NCBI RefSeq assembly: GCF_964194155.1
Contig: NC_135901.1
Coordinates: 19,282,001-19,346,000, forward strand
From: Cetorhinus maximus
Lineage: Eukaryota
DNA: 64,000 nt
Direction: 5' to 3'
This document shows positions 35,151 to 47,868 of this stretch, piece after piece. Position 1 is the first letter of the stretch; each line of letters begins with the position of its first letter. The position numbers and the translations under genes were made by a program. Under the pieces are notes generated by a model, which was not told the origin of the DNA, made no database searches, and was given only the letters and a program-made list of their open reading frames with translations.

Positions 35151-35244
35151 ACCAAAGCATATTAAGAATGTGGAACTTATTACCAGATGGTTTTTAGATC
35201 ACCATCTGAGCTGGAAACTGAGCTGGAAAATCTAACCACAAAAA

Positions 35245-35565
35245 AAGATCGTTCACCTGCTTAATGAGAAAATGGATTCACTCAGTTATCCAGTTTACTG
35301 ACACAACAGCTCAGTCACACTGGCGGAAGACCATTCAGATGCTTCACCTGTGCAAAGGGATTTACTCCATTTTCACGCCTGTTAACACTCGAGCTTTAAA
35401 GGTTCAAAGGATTTGATCCACAACCAGCGCATTCTTATTGGCGAGGAGCAGTTTAACTTCTGTTTAAGGGAAAAAAATCACGTTCACCCCTCCTGCTGAG
35501 ACTCCAGTGAGTTCACATCTGACAGTAGGGATTAGTTGTACTGTTAATCGCATCCAGGACAGAAA
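35245..35565 (+). pseudogene. Highly decayed C2H2 ZF exon relic (about 3-4 fingers plus 3' module)
   Basis: GTTCACCTGC...GGATTCACTCAGTTATCC...CACACTGGCGGAAGACCATTC; ends CTGTTAATCGCATCCAGGAC. Confidence 0.7.
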
Positions 35566-35689
35566 TATAGCAGAAGGTTTATGCACTTTGCTTGCTCAAT
35601 TGATTTAATAATTTCATATCCTGGCACTGTGACTCCAATCGAAATCGGATCACAAAGCATAATTTTCGATTGAACAGTACCGTCTTTCA

Positions 35690-36090
35690 ATGGCGGGGTG
35701 TTTACCCAGCATGTTGCGCAGGCGTACTGCTGGGCTGTAATCGGAGCATGCGCGATGCGGTCTCTGACTGGGACATGCGCAGTGCGGGTTGTGCCTGGAG
35801 TTCGGCGGAGCAGGGAGGAAATTCGGGTGCTGTTGAGCCATGGAGACGCAGGGTGGGTGGAGAGGATTAGAGCCAGTGGAATGGGCGGGGAGGCTTCATA
35901 AGCACTCGGTGGAGGTCGGGGTCACTAGGAGCCGACCGATCCTGCGTTTACGTGGGGCGAGAGCTCGTGAGTCCCAGTGACTGGCTGACAGCCTTATAGG
36001 GGGCGATGTGCAGGAGAGCGCATGCGTGATCGCCATCTTGATAGGGGCAATGGGCAGGAGGGCGCATGCGCGGTCATCCTGTCCCTGTCA
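35690..36090. promoter_or_regulatory. CpG-island promoter upstream of ZNF A5
   Basis: Several GCATGCGC/GCGCATGCG motifs, YY1 CGCCATCTTG at 36031, GC boxes. Confidence 0.75.
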
Positions 36091-36128
36091 GCATGAAGTG
36101 AGAATATTGTGAATTTGGTAAATATACA

Positions 36129-36322
36129 GGTTACTGGAAGTGGAGGCTTGACAGACGGGAAACTCAAACTGAACACCACATCAAGAGCTGACAGAGTCGT
36201 TCAATTCATCAGGACCTGAATGTCATTGGCCTTTGAATCTAGAAGGAAAAAGGTTTGTCTGCTCTGTCTGTGAGAGAAGATTTCAGTTATCAGTGTGACT
36301 AGAAAAGCACAGATACACAAAC
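36129..36322 (+). pseudogene. Truncated B-type ZNF leader exon
   Basis: Translates ...ELTESFNSSGPECHWPLNLEGKRFVCSVCERRFQLSV*LEKH, then joins CR1 sequence. Confidence 0.7.
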
Positions 36323-37950
36323 CCTGGTTAGACTACACCTGGAGAACTGTGTTCAGTAATGGGCAACAATACTTAGGAAGGACAGAATGGCCTTGGAGGG
36401 AGTGTAGCACAGGTTTACCTGAGAGATATCTGAACTCCAAGGATTAGATTAGAAAGCAAGATTCCACAAAAGTCACAGAGTCATTATGGCACAGAGGAGG
36501 CCATTGAGTTCATGCCAGCTCTCGAGAGCAATCCAGTCAGTTATTACCCTACTCTATCTCATATCCTTGAAAGTTTATTTCCCTTAAGTGCCTATGAAAT
36601 TTACTTTTGAAATCACTTATCGTGTCCGTTTTCACCCCCCTCATCGGCTGCAAGTTTTGGGTCATTACCACTCACTGTACAAAAACATTTTTCATCACAT
36701 CTTCCATACCTTTTATCCTAAACTTTAAACCTGTGTCCCCCTAGTCCTTGTACGATCAGCTAATGGAACAGCCTTTCTTTGTCCATTTTACCTAAACCTG
36801 TCATAATCTTGTACACCTCTATCAATCTCCCCTCAACCTCCGTCACTGGAACCATTCTGGTAAATCTTCTCTGCACCTTTTCAAGGACCTTCAAGGATTC
36901 TTCCTAAAGTGAGGTGACCAGAACTGGATGCAATTTTCAAATTGTGGCCTAACCAGAGCTTTATAAAGACTCAGCATAACTTCCTGTTTTTGTTCTCAAT
37001 ACCACTATTTATGTAGCTCAAGATCCAATCTGCTGTGGTAACTTCTCTCTAAATACATCCTGTCGCCTTCAGAGATCAAAGCACATGAAGCCCTCTGTCC
37101 ATGCTCACTCTTTAGAGCTGTGCCATGAATTATATCTTCCCCCTCCCTATTCCTCCTGCTAAAATACATCACTTCACTGTGAGGGTTGTAATTCCTGGAA
37201 TTTAGAAGATTAAGAGGTGATTTGATTAATGTTTTTGGGATACTAATTGGAACTGACAGGGTAGATATAAAGGAACTATTTCCACTGGTTGGGGAATCTA
37301 TGTTGAGTGGGTGGAGACTAAACATAGAATCAGGTTCCAGCACCTTTTCAGGTAGAGAGTTCCCGATCCTGACAACTCTCTGTTGGCGCAGAAGCTGCTG
37401 AACTCGATGCTGAGTCTGGAAGGTTGTAAAGTGCCGAATTGAAGAATGAGCTACTGTTCCTCGAGCTCCCATTGAGCTTCATTAGAAAAGCTCAGGAGGC
37501 CAAGGACAGAGAGGTCAGAGTGGGAGCGGGGAGGAGAATTAAAATGACTGTAAGCTCTGAGTCTAGTGTTCACTTAACGTGGCCAAATCCTCAATAAATT
37601 TCCTTTTGAAATGATTAATTGTCTCCACTTTCACCACCCTTGTGGGCTGCGAGTTCCAGGTTATCATCACTCGCTGTGTAAAAATGTTCTTCTTCATATC
37701 CCCGCCCCCTCCTCCACATCTCTTGTCCAAAACCTCTATCCTTGTGTCATCAGCTAATGGGAGCAGGTTTCCTTTGTCTATCTCATCTAAATCTTTCATA
37801 ACTTTGTACACCACTATCAAATCACCTCTCAATCTCCCCTGCTCCAAGGAGAACAACCCCAGATTTTCCAACCTAATGTTGTAGCTAAATTCACTCATCC
37901 CTGGAACCATTCTGGTAAATCTCCTCACACCTTGTAAAGATTTAGTCATC
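36323..37950. mobile_element. Mosaic of CR1 3' fragments in both orientations
   Basis: RRFTRMVPGM..LENLGLFSLEQGRLRGDLI in ORF 37563..37952 and related pieces. Confidence 0.7.
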
Positions 37951-40029
37951 ACCCATACTCAGAAAGCCTATATAATGATACAAGATTTAAAAGAGTTCCT
38001 GTACTATGTGCCCTGAATATCATACACCTGTCCCCAAGGTTATGTCATCATCTACAAGGATCTCAATGTTCAGATGATAAGGGAATTATCCGGGGATTTC
38101 AGAAGTCAGAACGCAGGGAGAGAGATGGGTGGACTATGACAACCCAGTAGCCAAGTGTTAAGGCAGTTTTGGAAAACACTGAAATCGTCCCTGTGATAGT
38201 GACACCAGTAAAAAGGGTGGAGGGAAGAGAGGGATCAGTGACTGGGCTGGAGTAGGGGCCACGGCTGGCACGGCTGCTGGGAAGCACTTAGATATGGAGA
38301 ATATGTGGGAACAGGACGAGGCTGTGAGGCAGCAATCTTCAGTAAAAGAAATAAAAGGCAGAGAGATGAAATCCTGGAACAACAATAAGGAATGAAATCC
38401 AGAAAAGAGATGGTGGACGGACTGATCGAGAGAAAGGGAATGGTCAGTGAGATCGTTCAGCAGCATAAAATTGAGGTGAAAAGTCAGAACGTATCTAAAG
38501 CTGTTCCCTGTGTGATGTAAGGAGGGTTTTTATTGGATCAGGTACAAGGCCAGGAGGACATTGAAAAGCAATAGAGAGTCCAACAATAGAGAGCCCAAAG
38601 GGTCTGGAGGGGGGAGAGTTAATAATCCCAGGGAGTCACAGGCTGCACAAACTTCAAGTGTGAGCCCAGACCCATTTTAAAACAGTGAACAAATAAGTTC
38701 CTGATTTTACTGAAACTTTTTTCCATGTCCCAGCTCCTGTAAATACTGACGGGAAAGGGACCGGAATCTCCGGAGGCTCCACTCCACTGGCTGCTCGTGA
38801 GGAAGTGATCTCCGATCAGATTAATGTGCTTCTGCTGTGAGTATTTAATAAAGTGTCCGAACCTCTCAATGTGCTTCCTGTCCAATATCCCCCTCATCCA
38901 TGGATCTTCCGTTTTACCAACTGGGAAAAAAAATGCCTGTTCACTGATTGGTCTCGATGGCGGCAGGATTATCCAGAATGCCTTATGGGTCAGAAAGTCC
39001 CCTATCAATGAGAATAGGAACCCAGAGCACCGGCGTGGGTGCCAGGCTGTGCTCAGTGTGGCTGGTGGAGATGGATTGAGGTGGAACAGGGAACAGGTGA
39101 CTCAGGAAGCCGGGGGAGATTGTGGGCGCACAGGAGGAATTGGAGCTGGGGGTGGGTCAGAATTCAATTATCCCAGATAATCCTGAAAGAACTGTAGGGC
39201 TGGAGACGACCACGACCGTCAGGGAGCACAGGGGATGATGGTGAACAGGACTTGGTGCGAGTAAAGACATGAGCAGCTGAGTTTTGGGTGACCTCCAGTT
39301 TCTATGGAGTTGAATCTGGGAGGCCGACAAGACGCACAGTCGAATGGTCCAGTTTAGAGGGAACAAAGGAATGGATGAGTTTCAGCAGCAGATGAACTGA
39401 GGCAGGGGCACAGCTGGGCGATGTTACTGAGGTGGAAATGGGTGGTTTTAGTGATTTGTAGTCAGAAGCTCAGCTTGGGCTGAAATACGACAACAAGATT
39501 GTGAACAGTCTGGTTCAGCCTCAGAGAGCTGCAAGAGGGATGGAGTCGTTGGTTAGTGGTTGGAGTTTGTAGCAGGGACTAAAGACGATTATTTTAGTCT
39601 TCCCAATATTTCAATGGAGGAAACTTCTGCTAATCCAGTACTGGATGTTAGATAAGTCAGGATGGTGTGTGACTTGGAGGGGAACTTGGAGGTGATGGTG
39701 TTCACATTCATCTGCTGGCTGGTCCTTCAAGGTGGTGGTGGTTGAGGATCTGGGATGTTCCATCAAAGTTTTGGTTGAGTTGAAGATGTATTGAACACTC
39801 CTTCAGCCCCTGCATCTCCCACCTCTCTCTCTCTCTCCTCCCATGGAGGCCAGAGTCTTGTGTAGCCCAGTCTGGGTGACAGGTTCCCTTCCCTGAAGGA
39901 CATTGGTGGACCAGTTGGGTTTTTATGACAATCCATCAGTTTTCATGGTCATTTTTCCAAGTGTCAGTCCCACAAATTCAGCTCAATTTCACAACCTGCC
40001 TTTGTGTTTCTGTGGACTCTCTCTCACTC

Positions 40030-40207
40030 ATCTCTTTAGTTGAGCTTTATTTATAGAGCTGCTGGATTAGCTGCAGGCCTCGAGCAAGGCTACAATACAC
40101 TCGCCAGAGTAGGAAAACCCCGCCCCTATAAGCTTCCCCATGCTCGGTGCTGATTGGCTGTTCTGACCACGTGACCCTCACTCAGTCAGGCTGGCCTTAC
40201 AGCAACA
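40030..40207 (-). mobile_element. Putative LTR fragment
   Basis: Minus strand begins TGTTG and carries CACGTG, CCAAT, a GC box and ATAAATAAA; it interrupts a locally duplicated intron segment. Confidence 0.45.
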
Positions 40208-40483
40208 ATCACCACATTGGGTTTTTACCATAATCCAGCAGTTTTCATGTTCACTTTCTCCAAGTGCCGGCCCCACAAATTACCAGATTCATTCAGCTCA
40301 ATTTCACAACCTGCCTTTGTGTTTTTGTGGGTTTGGTCTCATTCCCTCTTGTCTGTTTTAAATCAATTTCACAGGGTATTAGAAGGGGAGGATTTGCAGT
40401 CGGGAAACTCAAACCAAACATCACATCAGAATCTGACGGAATCGCCCAATTTCTCGTAACCGGAATATCATCGAATTTTGAAC

Positions 40484-41521
40484 ATGGAAGGAAAAAGCAC
40501 CGTTCACAGTGGGGAGAAATCATACACGTGTTCTGTGTGTGGACGAGGCTTCAGCCAATCATCTGGCCTGTTGAGACACGAGTCCAGTCACACCGGGGAG
40601 AAACCATGGAAATGTGGGGACTGTGGGAAGGGATTCAGATCCCCATCTGAGCTGGAAAAGCATCAGCGCAGTCACACTGGGGAAAGACCGTTCACCTGCT
40701 CCACACGTGGGAAGGGATTCACTATTTCAGCCCACCTGCTGAGACACCAACGAGTTCACAGTGAAGAGAGACCTTTCAAATGTCCATACTGCGGGAAATG
40801 CTATAAAAGCTCCCAGGAACTGATGTACCATCAACGTGTTCACACTGACGAGAGACCATATAAGTGCTCTCTTTGTGGTACTGGGTTTAGGTGATCATCT
40901 CAACTCACTGTACACCAGCGAATTCACACTGGGGAGAGGCCATACACCTGTTCCAATTGTGGGAAGGGATTCACTCAGTCCTCCGACCTGCTGACGCACC
41001 AGCGAATTCACACAGGGGAGAGACCGTTCATCTGCTCCGAGTGTGGGAAGGGATTCACTCAGTTATCACAGTTGTTGACACACCAGAGAGTTCATACTGG
41101 GGAGAAGCCGTTCACCTGCTCTGAGTGTGGGAAGGGATTCACTACCTCATCCACCCTGCTGACACACCAGCGAGTTCACACTAATAAGAGGCCTTTTAAA
41201 TGCTTGGACTGTGGAAAGTGCTTTAAAAGTTCCTGGGAACTGATGTACCATCAACGTGTTCACACTGACGAGAAACCGTTCAGGTGCTCTCACTGCGGAA
41301 CTAGGTTCAGGCGATCATCTCAACTCACTGACCACCGGCGAATTCACACAGGGGAGAGACCGTTTACCTGCACTGAGTGTGGGAAGGGATTTACTCAGTC
41401 ATCCAACCTGCTGACACACCAGCGAGTCCACACTGGGGAGAGGCCATTCACTTGCCCCCAGTGTGGGAGGGGATTCACTACGTCATCCAGCCTGCTGAGA
41501 CACCAGCGAGTTCACAAGTAA
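40484..41521 (+). pseudogene. C2H2 zinc-finger gene A5, 12 fingers in one frame, interrupted by a single TGA (40892-40894)
   Basis: ORFs 40478..40894 and 41072..41521 share a frame; finger 3 also has C->R; exon start 40375; AATAAA at 41646. Confidence 0.82.
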
Positions 41522-41704
41522 CTGCAGTGATGGGCTTTTGCTGTTAATCACATCCAGGACTGAACTACATTCACTGGGGTCTGTTTCTGCTGATGTTAAT
41601 AAACTACAGACCACTTACAGGGGCTAATATTCAGGCAAAAAGTCAAATAAATCAGCTTTGTGTTAAAGACACAGTGTGTTGACTCTTTTTAATATCTCTA
41701 AACA

Positions 41705-43200
41705 AAGTTAGTTCCTTTTGAAGGGCTCTCCCTGTCCCCTGTCTCCTCCATCCTCACCCCCAATAACAAGTTTGAGGAGCTCATGGAGCTTCTTTGTCAC
41801 TGAGGTTGAGACAATCTGATCAGCTGCCTCTGCTGCTTCCTTCCCTTCCACTAGCCTACGGGGCTGAACTGCCTCTAAAGTTCCCTGTTGCTCGAGCCCT
41901 GAACTCTCATCTTTCTGTGGTTTCCCTCCCATCTCCCCTGACGCCCTCTCAGAGCTCATCTTTGTCCATGAAACCCACCTCCTGCTCCATCGATCCTACT
42001 TCCACAAAACTGCTGATCACTCAACTTCCCCATGTTCACTAACTATGTTAACAGTTTCTCTCTCAGACACTGTCCCTCTCTCCTTCAAATCTCCCATCCT
42101 CACCCCCTCCTCAAAAAACAAATCCTTGACCCCACTGTCCTTCCAAACTATTGCCCCCATCTCCAGCCTCCCTTTCCTCTCCAAAGTCCATGAACGTGTT
42201 GTCACCTCACAAATCCCTGCCCATCTTTCCCAAAATTCCATGGACAGGTTATTGCCCTCATCGGGCCGGCACGCCCGACCCCAACATAAAATGATGGCCA
42301 ATGTCATCGCGCGATATTGCGGTCGGCGGGTGCACGTGGGAGTCGGCAGCGCGCCCGCTGACAATTAACAGGCCTATTGAGGCCATGAAAGTAATAATTC
42401 AATGAAATTTTGCGCTGCCCGTCTAACCTCACGGTCGGTGGGCAGGTGAACAGGCCAAGCGGCCTTTGGATTTTTTAGGAAACCACATCCACGGGCGGGG
42501 CGAGGTTTCCGACAACAAATAAAAACTAAATATTTTTAAATTTAATTAATAACATGTCCCTACTCCTGACAGTCACATGAGGTGACATGTTTTTAACATT
42601 GCTTAAATTTTTAATTTTAAAAATCTTCCTCGAATCCAGATCACGGGCGGCTTCCCAACTGCTCCCGGGCCCGACCACCGGAAAATCCTGGCCCATGTTT
42701 GAATCCCTCCAATCAGGTTTCCACCCCTGCCTCAGGACTGAACCAGCTCTTATCAACGTCACAATGACATCCTATGTGACTGTGACAAAGATAAGCTCGC
42801 CCTCCTCGACCTCGACCGTCTGCAGCCTTTGACAAGGTCGACCACATCATTCTGCACCTTCGCCTCTCCCCTGTCGTCCAGCTGGGTGGGGTCACTCTCT
42901 CCTGGTTCCATTCTTCTCTATCTAATCATAGTCAGGGAATCACTTGTAATGTCTTACCTTCCCACTCACACAGTTACCTCTGGCATCCCCAAAGGATCCA
43001 GCCTTGGTTTCTTATTTCTCATCAACCTGCTCCCCACAATGACATCATCTGAAATCACTGTCAGTTCTCACATTTACACTGACACCTCCCAGCTCTACCT
43101 CACCACCACCACTATCGACTTCTCCACTTTTGGTCAATTATCAGACTGTTTGTCTGACATCCAGTGGTGGATGTGCAGAAATTTCCTCCAATTAAATATT
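41705..43200 (+). mobile_element. L2 LINE RT fragment, interrupted by a CpG-rich insertion
   Basis: PISSLPFLSKVHERVV, FESLQSGF and SGIPKGS..YTDTSQLY. Confidence 0.8.
42241..42694. mobile_element. CpG-rich MITE-like insertion
   Basis: Imperfect terminal inverted repeats (TGGACAGGTTATTGCC / GGAAAATCCTGGCCC); L2 sequence resumes on both sides at CCATG. Confidence 0.5.
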
Positions 43201-44515
43201 GAAGTCGTTGTTTTCATTGTCAGAATGACTGGTAGAGCAGATTCAATAGTAACTTTCAAAAGTTATTTGGACTTTTATTTAATAAGGAAAGATATAGAGG
43301 GTGATCGGAAAAGAGCAGGGGAGTGGGACAGATTGGTAACATTTTCAGGGACAGTACAGGCACAATGGGCTGAATGGTCACCATCCATACTCTATGATTG
43401 TATCATATGATGTTTACTATGAATCATTATTATAAATCATAGAACCTTCTAATAGTACAGCAGAAAAGAAGGCCATTTGGCCTATTGAATCTGTGCTGGT
43501 AACGACTTACCCAATTAGTACCACTCCCCCATTCCTGCATCATTTCTCCTTCAAGTATTTATCCAATTCCCTTTTGAAGGTCACTTTTGAACTGTATCCA
43601 TCGCCCCATCAGACAGTGCATTCCAAATCCTTACAACTTGTTACTGAAAAGATTTCCTCCTGATGCCTCTGGTTCTCTTGCCAATCGCCTTAAATCAGTG
43701 TCCTCTGGTTATCGACCCATTGGTCATGGGAAATATTTTTTCCTTATTCACTCTATCTAAACCCTTCATGATTTTAAACAGGTCTATCAAATTTCTTCGC
43801 TTTCTCTGTACCAAGGAGAACAGCCCCAGGTTCTCTCATTGATCCGTGGTCCTGTGATCCACCAATGCTGGAATCATTGGAGTCAATCTCCTCTGTGCCC
43901 TCTCCAAAGCTTTCATGTCCTCCCTAAAATGTGATGCTCAGAATTGGACACAATCCTCCAGCTGGGGCAGAAATAATATTTTTTATAGTGAGACTTCCTG
44001 ACCTTTGTACTCTCTGTCTCTACTTATAAAGCCCAGCATCCCATATGCTTCACTGACCATTTGTTAACCTGTGCTCACGCCTTCAGAGATTTGTGCACAA
44101 ACAAACCCAAGTCTGTCCTTTTCTGCATCCTCTTCAAAATTGTACCATTTGGTCTGTGTTGTCTCTCCTCAGAACAGTGGGATTAGATGAAGTCAGCTGT
44201 ACAAGACTCCTGTGCCCAAACCATTGGGTTTGAGCATCGTCGTCACCAGGACTGGTTCAATGAAAATGATGCTCAAAACGTGACCTCCTGTAACAAAAAT
44301 GAACAACCTTCATTGCCCTGCAGAACAACCCGAGGTCGCAAGAAGGCAGAGTTCCAACAGCTCAAAGCTGACGGCCAAAGACAATAAAGTACAAGTGGTG
44401 GGAGGAGCAAGCCCGAGATATCCAACAATACGTTGACCATCATGACAAGCAAAGCTTTTTGAAGCCACCAGGGTCATGAATAGACCAAGATAAATGAACA
44501 AAATCCCCTTCACTC

Positions 44516-45400
44516 AGAATCAGAATCACAGTGCAGAAGAGGCCCTTTGGCCCATCGAGTCTGCACCAACACGTGAGAAACACCTGACCTACCTACCTAA
44601 TCCCATTTCCCAGCACTTGGCCCATAGCCTTGAAGGTTATGACATGCCAAGTGCTCATCCAGGTACTTTTTAAAGGATGTAAGGCAACCTGCCTCTACCG
44701 CCCCCCCAGGCAGTGCATTCCAGACCGTCACCACTCTCTGGGTAAAAAAGTTTTTCCTCACAGCCCTCCTAAACCTATTGCCCCTCACCTTGAACTTATG
44801 TCCCCTTGCGACTGACCCTTCAATGAAGGGGAACAGCTGCTCTATAGCCACCCTGTCCATGCTCCTCATAATCTTGTACACCTTGATCAGGTCGCCCCTC
44901 AGTCTTCTCTGCTCCAACGAAAACAACCCAAGTCTATACAACCTCTCTTCATAACTTAAATGTTTCATCCCAGGCAACATCCTCGTGAATCTCCTCTGCA
45001 CGACCTCCAGTGCAATCACATCCTTCCTATAATGTGGTGACCAGAACTGCACACAGTACTCCAGCTGTGGCCTCACCAAGGTTCTATGCAACTCCAACAT
45101 GACCTCCCTACTTTTGTAATCTATGCCTCGATTGATAAAGGCAAGTGTCCCATATGCCTTTTTCACCACCCCACTAACATGCCCCTCCACCTTCAGAGAT
45201 CTATGGACGCACACGCTAAGGTCACTTTGTTCCTCCGAACTTCCGAATGCCATCCCGTTCATTGAATACTTCCTTGTCAAATTACTCCTTCCACCTCATA
45301 CTTTTCAGGGTTAAATTCCATCTGCCACTTATCTGCCCATTTGACCATTCCATCTATATCTTCCTGTAGCCCAAGACACTCAACCTCACTGTTAACCACC
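44516..45400 (-). mobile_element. CR1 LINE 3' end nested in an RTE-like fragment
   Basis: 227-aa ORF with LVRPQLEYCVQFWSP and FFTQRVVTVWNALP; (ATTCTG)n tail at about 44516. Confidence 0.9.
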
Positions 45401-46430
45401 CGGAAAACACAGGATGGTGTTTCTCTCCTCGAGCATGATAATGTCATCCATCAACACAGGAAAGAACATTTTCAACAACTCCTCAACCGTGAATCCACAG
45501 TGGCAGCTGATACTGTCCAGGCGATTTCCCCAGTACCTTGGGCAAGATAGATGGTCAGCAGCTTTGTGGGAATAGGGTCGAGGGACTAGGAGGTGAATAA
45601 GATGAGCTCTGACAGGGCATTATGGGAGATATGAGAGAAACTGGAGAAAGATGTGAGTTCAGGGCTCAAACAAGGGGGATCTTTAGAGGCAGTTTGACCC
45701 GGTGGGCTAGTGGAAGGGAGGGAAGCAGCAGAAGCAGCTGATCAGATTGTCTCAATCTTAGTGACAAAGAAACTCCATGAGTTCTTCGCACTTGTTGGAA
45801 GGAAGGATGGAGACAGGGGAGATGGAGAGCACTTTTTTTATTTGTTCACAGGATGTGGGTGTCGCTGGCTGGGCCAGCATCTATTGCCCATCCCTAATTG
45901 CCCTTGAGAAAGTGGTGGTGAGCTGTCTTCTTGAACCGCTGCAGTTCATGTGGTGTAGGTATATCCACAGTGCTGTTAGGAAGGGAATTCCAGGATTTTG
46001 GCCCAGTGACAGTGAAGGAACGGCGATATATTTCCAAGTCAAGATGGTGACTGGCTTGGAGGGGAACTTGCAGGTGGTGGTGCTCCTATCTATCTGCTGC
46101 CCTTGTACTTCGGTAGAGGTTGCACGTTTGAAAGGAGCTGTTGAAGGAGCCTTGGTGAGTTACTGCAGTGCATCTTGTAGATGGTACACATTGTGTGTCA
46201 GTGGTGGAGAGAGTGAATGTTAACAGTGCTGGATGGGGTGCCAATCAAGGAATTAACCTGTGTTAGAAGTATTAAAAAGACTCATCACCCTCTGTTTATA
46301 AAGCAGATTTATTTGACTTTTATCCAGATATTAATATCTATAACTGGGCTGGAACTTAATAACATCAGCAGAAAAAGACCCCGATGAACATGGCTGTGTC
46401 TCCGACATGATCAAGAGCGAACTCCTGCAG

Positions 46431-47868
46431 TCACCTGTGAAGTCTCTGGTGTCTCAGTAGGTGGGATTTCTGAGTGAATTTCTTGCCACACCCAGTGGAG
46501 GTGAACGGTCTCTCTCCAGCGTGGATCCTCTGGTGCACAGTGAGCTGATATAATTGCCTGAACCCAGTCCCTCACTGAGAGCACCTGAACGATTTCTCCT
46601 CAGTGTGAACACGTTGATGGTGCCTCAGTTCCCCAGAACTTTTATAACACTTCCCACAGTCTGGGCATTTAAATGGTCTCTCCCCATTGTGAACTCGCTG
46701 GTGTGCCATCAGGTGGCATGATCGAATGACTCCCTTCCCACACTCGGAGCAGGTGAACGGCCTCTTCCCAGTGTGAATCCTCTGGTGTTCAGTGAGATGA
46801 GATGATTGCCTGAACCCAGCCCCACAGTGAGAGCACCTGAATGGTCTCTCCTCACTGTGAACACGTTGATGGCGCATCCATTCCCCGGAACTTTTAGAGC
46901 ACTTCCCACAGTCTGGGCATTTAAAAGGTCTCTCCTCAGTGTGAGCACGTTGATGGGACATCATTTCCCAGAGCTTTTATAGCACTTGCCACAGTCTGGA
47001 CATTTAAAAGGTCTCTCACTAGTATGGACATGATGATGGCGCATCAGTTCCCCAGAACTTTTATAGCATCTCCCACAGTCCAGGCACTTAACAGGTCTCT
47101 CCCCAGTATGAACTCGCTGGTGTGCCATCAGGTGGCATGATCAAGTGAATCCCTTTCCACACTCGGAGCAGGTGAACGGCCTCTCCCCAGTGTGAATCCT
47201 CTGGTGTTCGATGAGATGAGATGATTGCCTGAACCCAATCCCACACTGAGAGCACCTGAATGGTCTCTCGTCAGTGTGAACATGTCGATGGAACACCAGT
47301 TCCTTAGAGCTTTTATAACACTTCCCACAGACTGGGCAATCAAAAGGTCTCTCGTCAGTGTGAACACGTTGATGGGACATCAGTTTCCCTGAACTTTTAA
47401 AGCACTTCCCACAGTCTGGGCATTTAAATGGTCTCTCATCAGTGTGAACTCGCTGGTGTTTCAGCAGGGTGAATGATTGATTGAACCCCTTCCCACATTC
47501 AGAGCAAGTGAACGGCCTCTGCCTAGTGTGAATACGCTGGTGTCTCAGCAGGTTGGAAGACTGAGTGAATCCTTTCTCACACTTGGAGCAGGTGAATGGC
47601 CTCTCCCCAGTGTGAACACGCTGGTGTGTCAGCAGAGTGGATGAATGAGTGAATCCCTTCCCAAATAGAGAGCAGGTGAATGTCCTCTCCCTGCTGTGAC
47701 TGCGACGATAAGTTTCCATGTCAGATGGGCACCTGAATCCCTTCTTATCGTCTCCATATTTCTCCAGTTCCTCCCCAGCATGACTGCATTTATGGTTCGT
47801 GAGGCCAGTTGATTGGCTGAAGCCTGGTCCACACTCAGTTTCTCTCTGAACACTGCTTTTCCTTCCAT
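46431..47868 (-). pseudogene. C2H2 zinc-finger pseudogene A6 (about 16-17 finger units)
   Basis: Frameshift soon after the AACATGG start, stops at 47141 and 46572, additional indel; exon start 47976. Confidence 0.85.
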
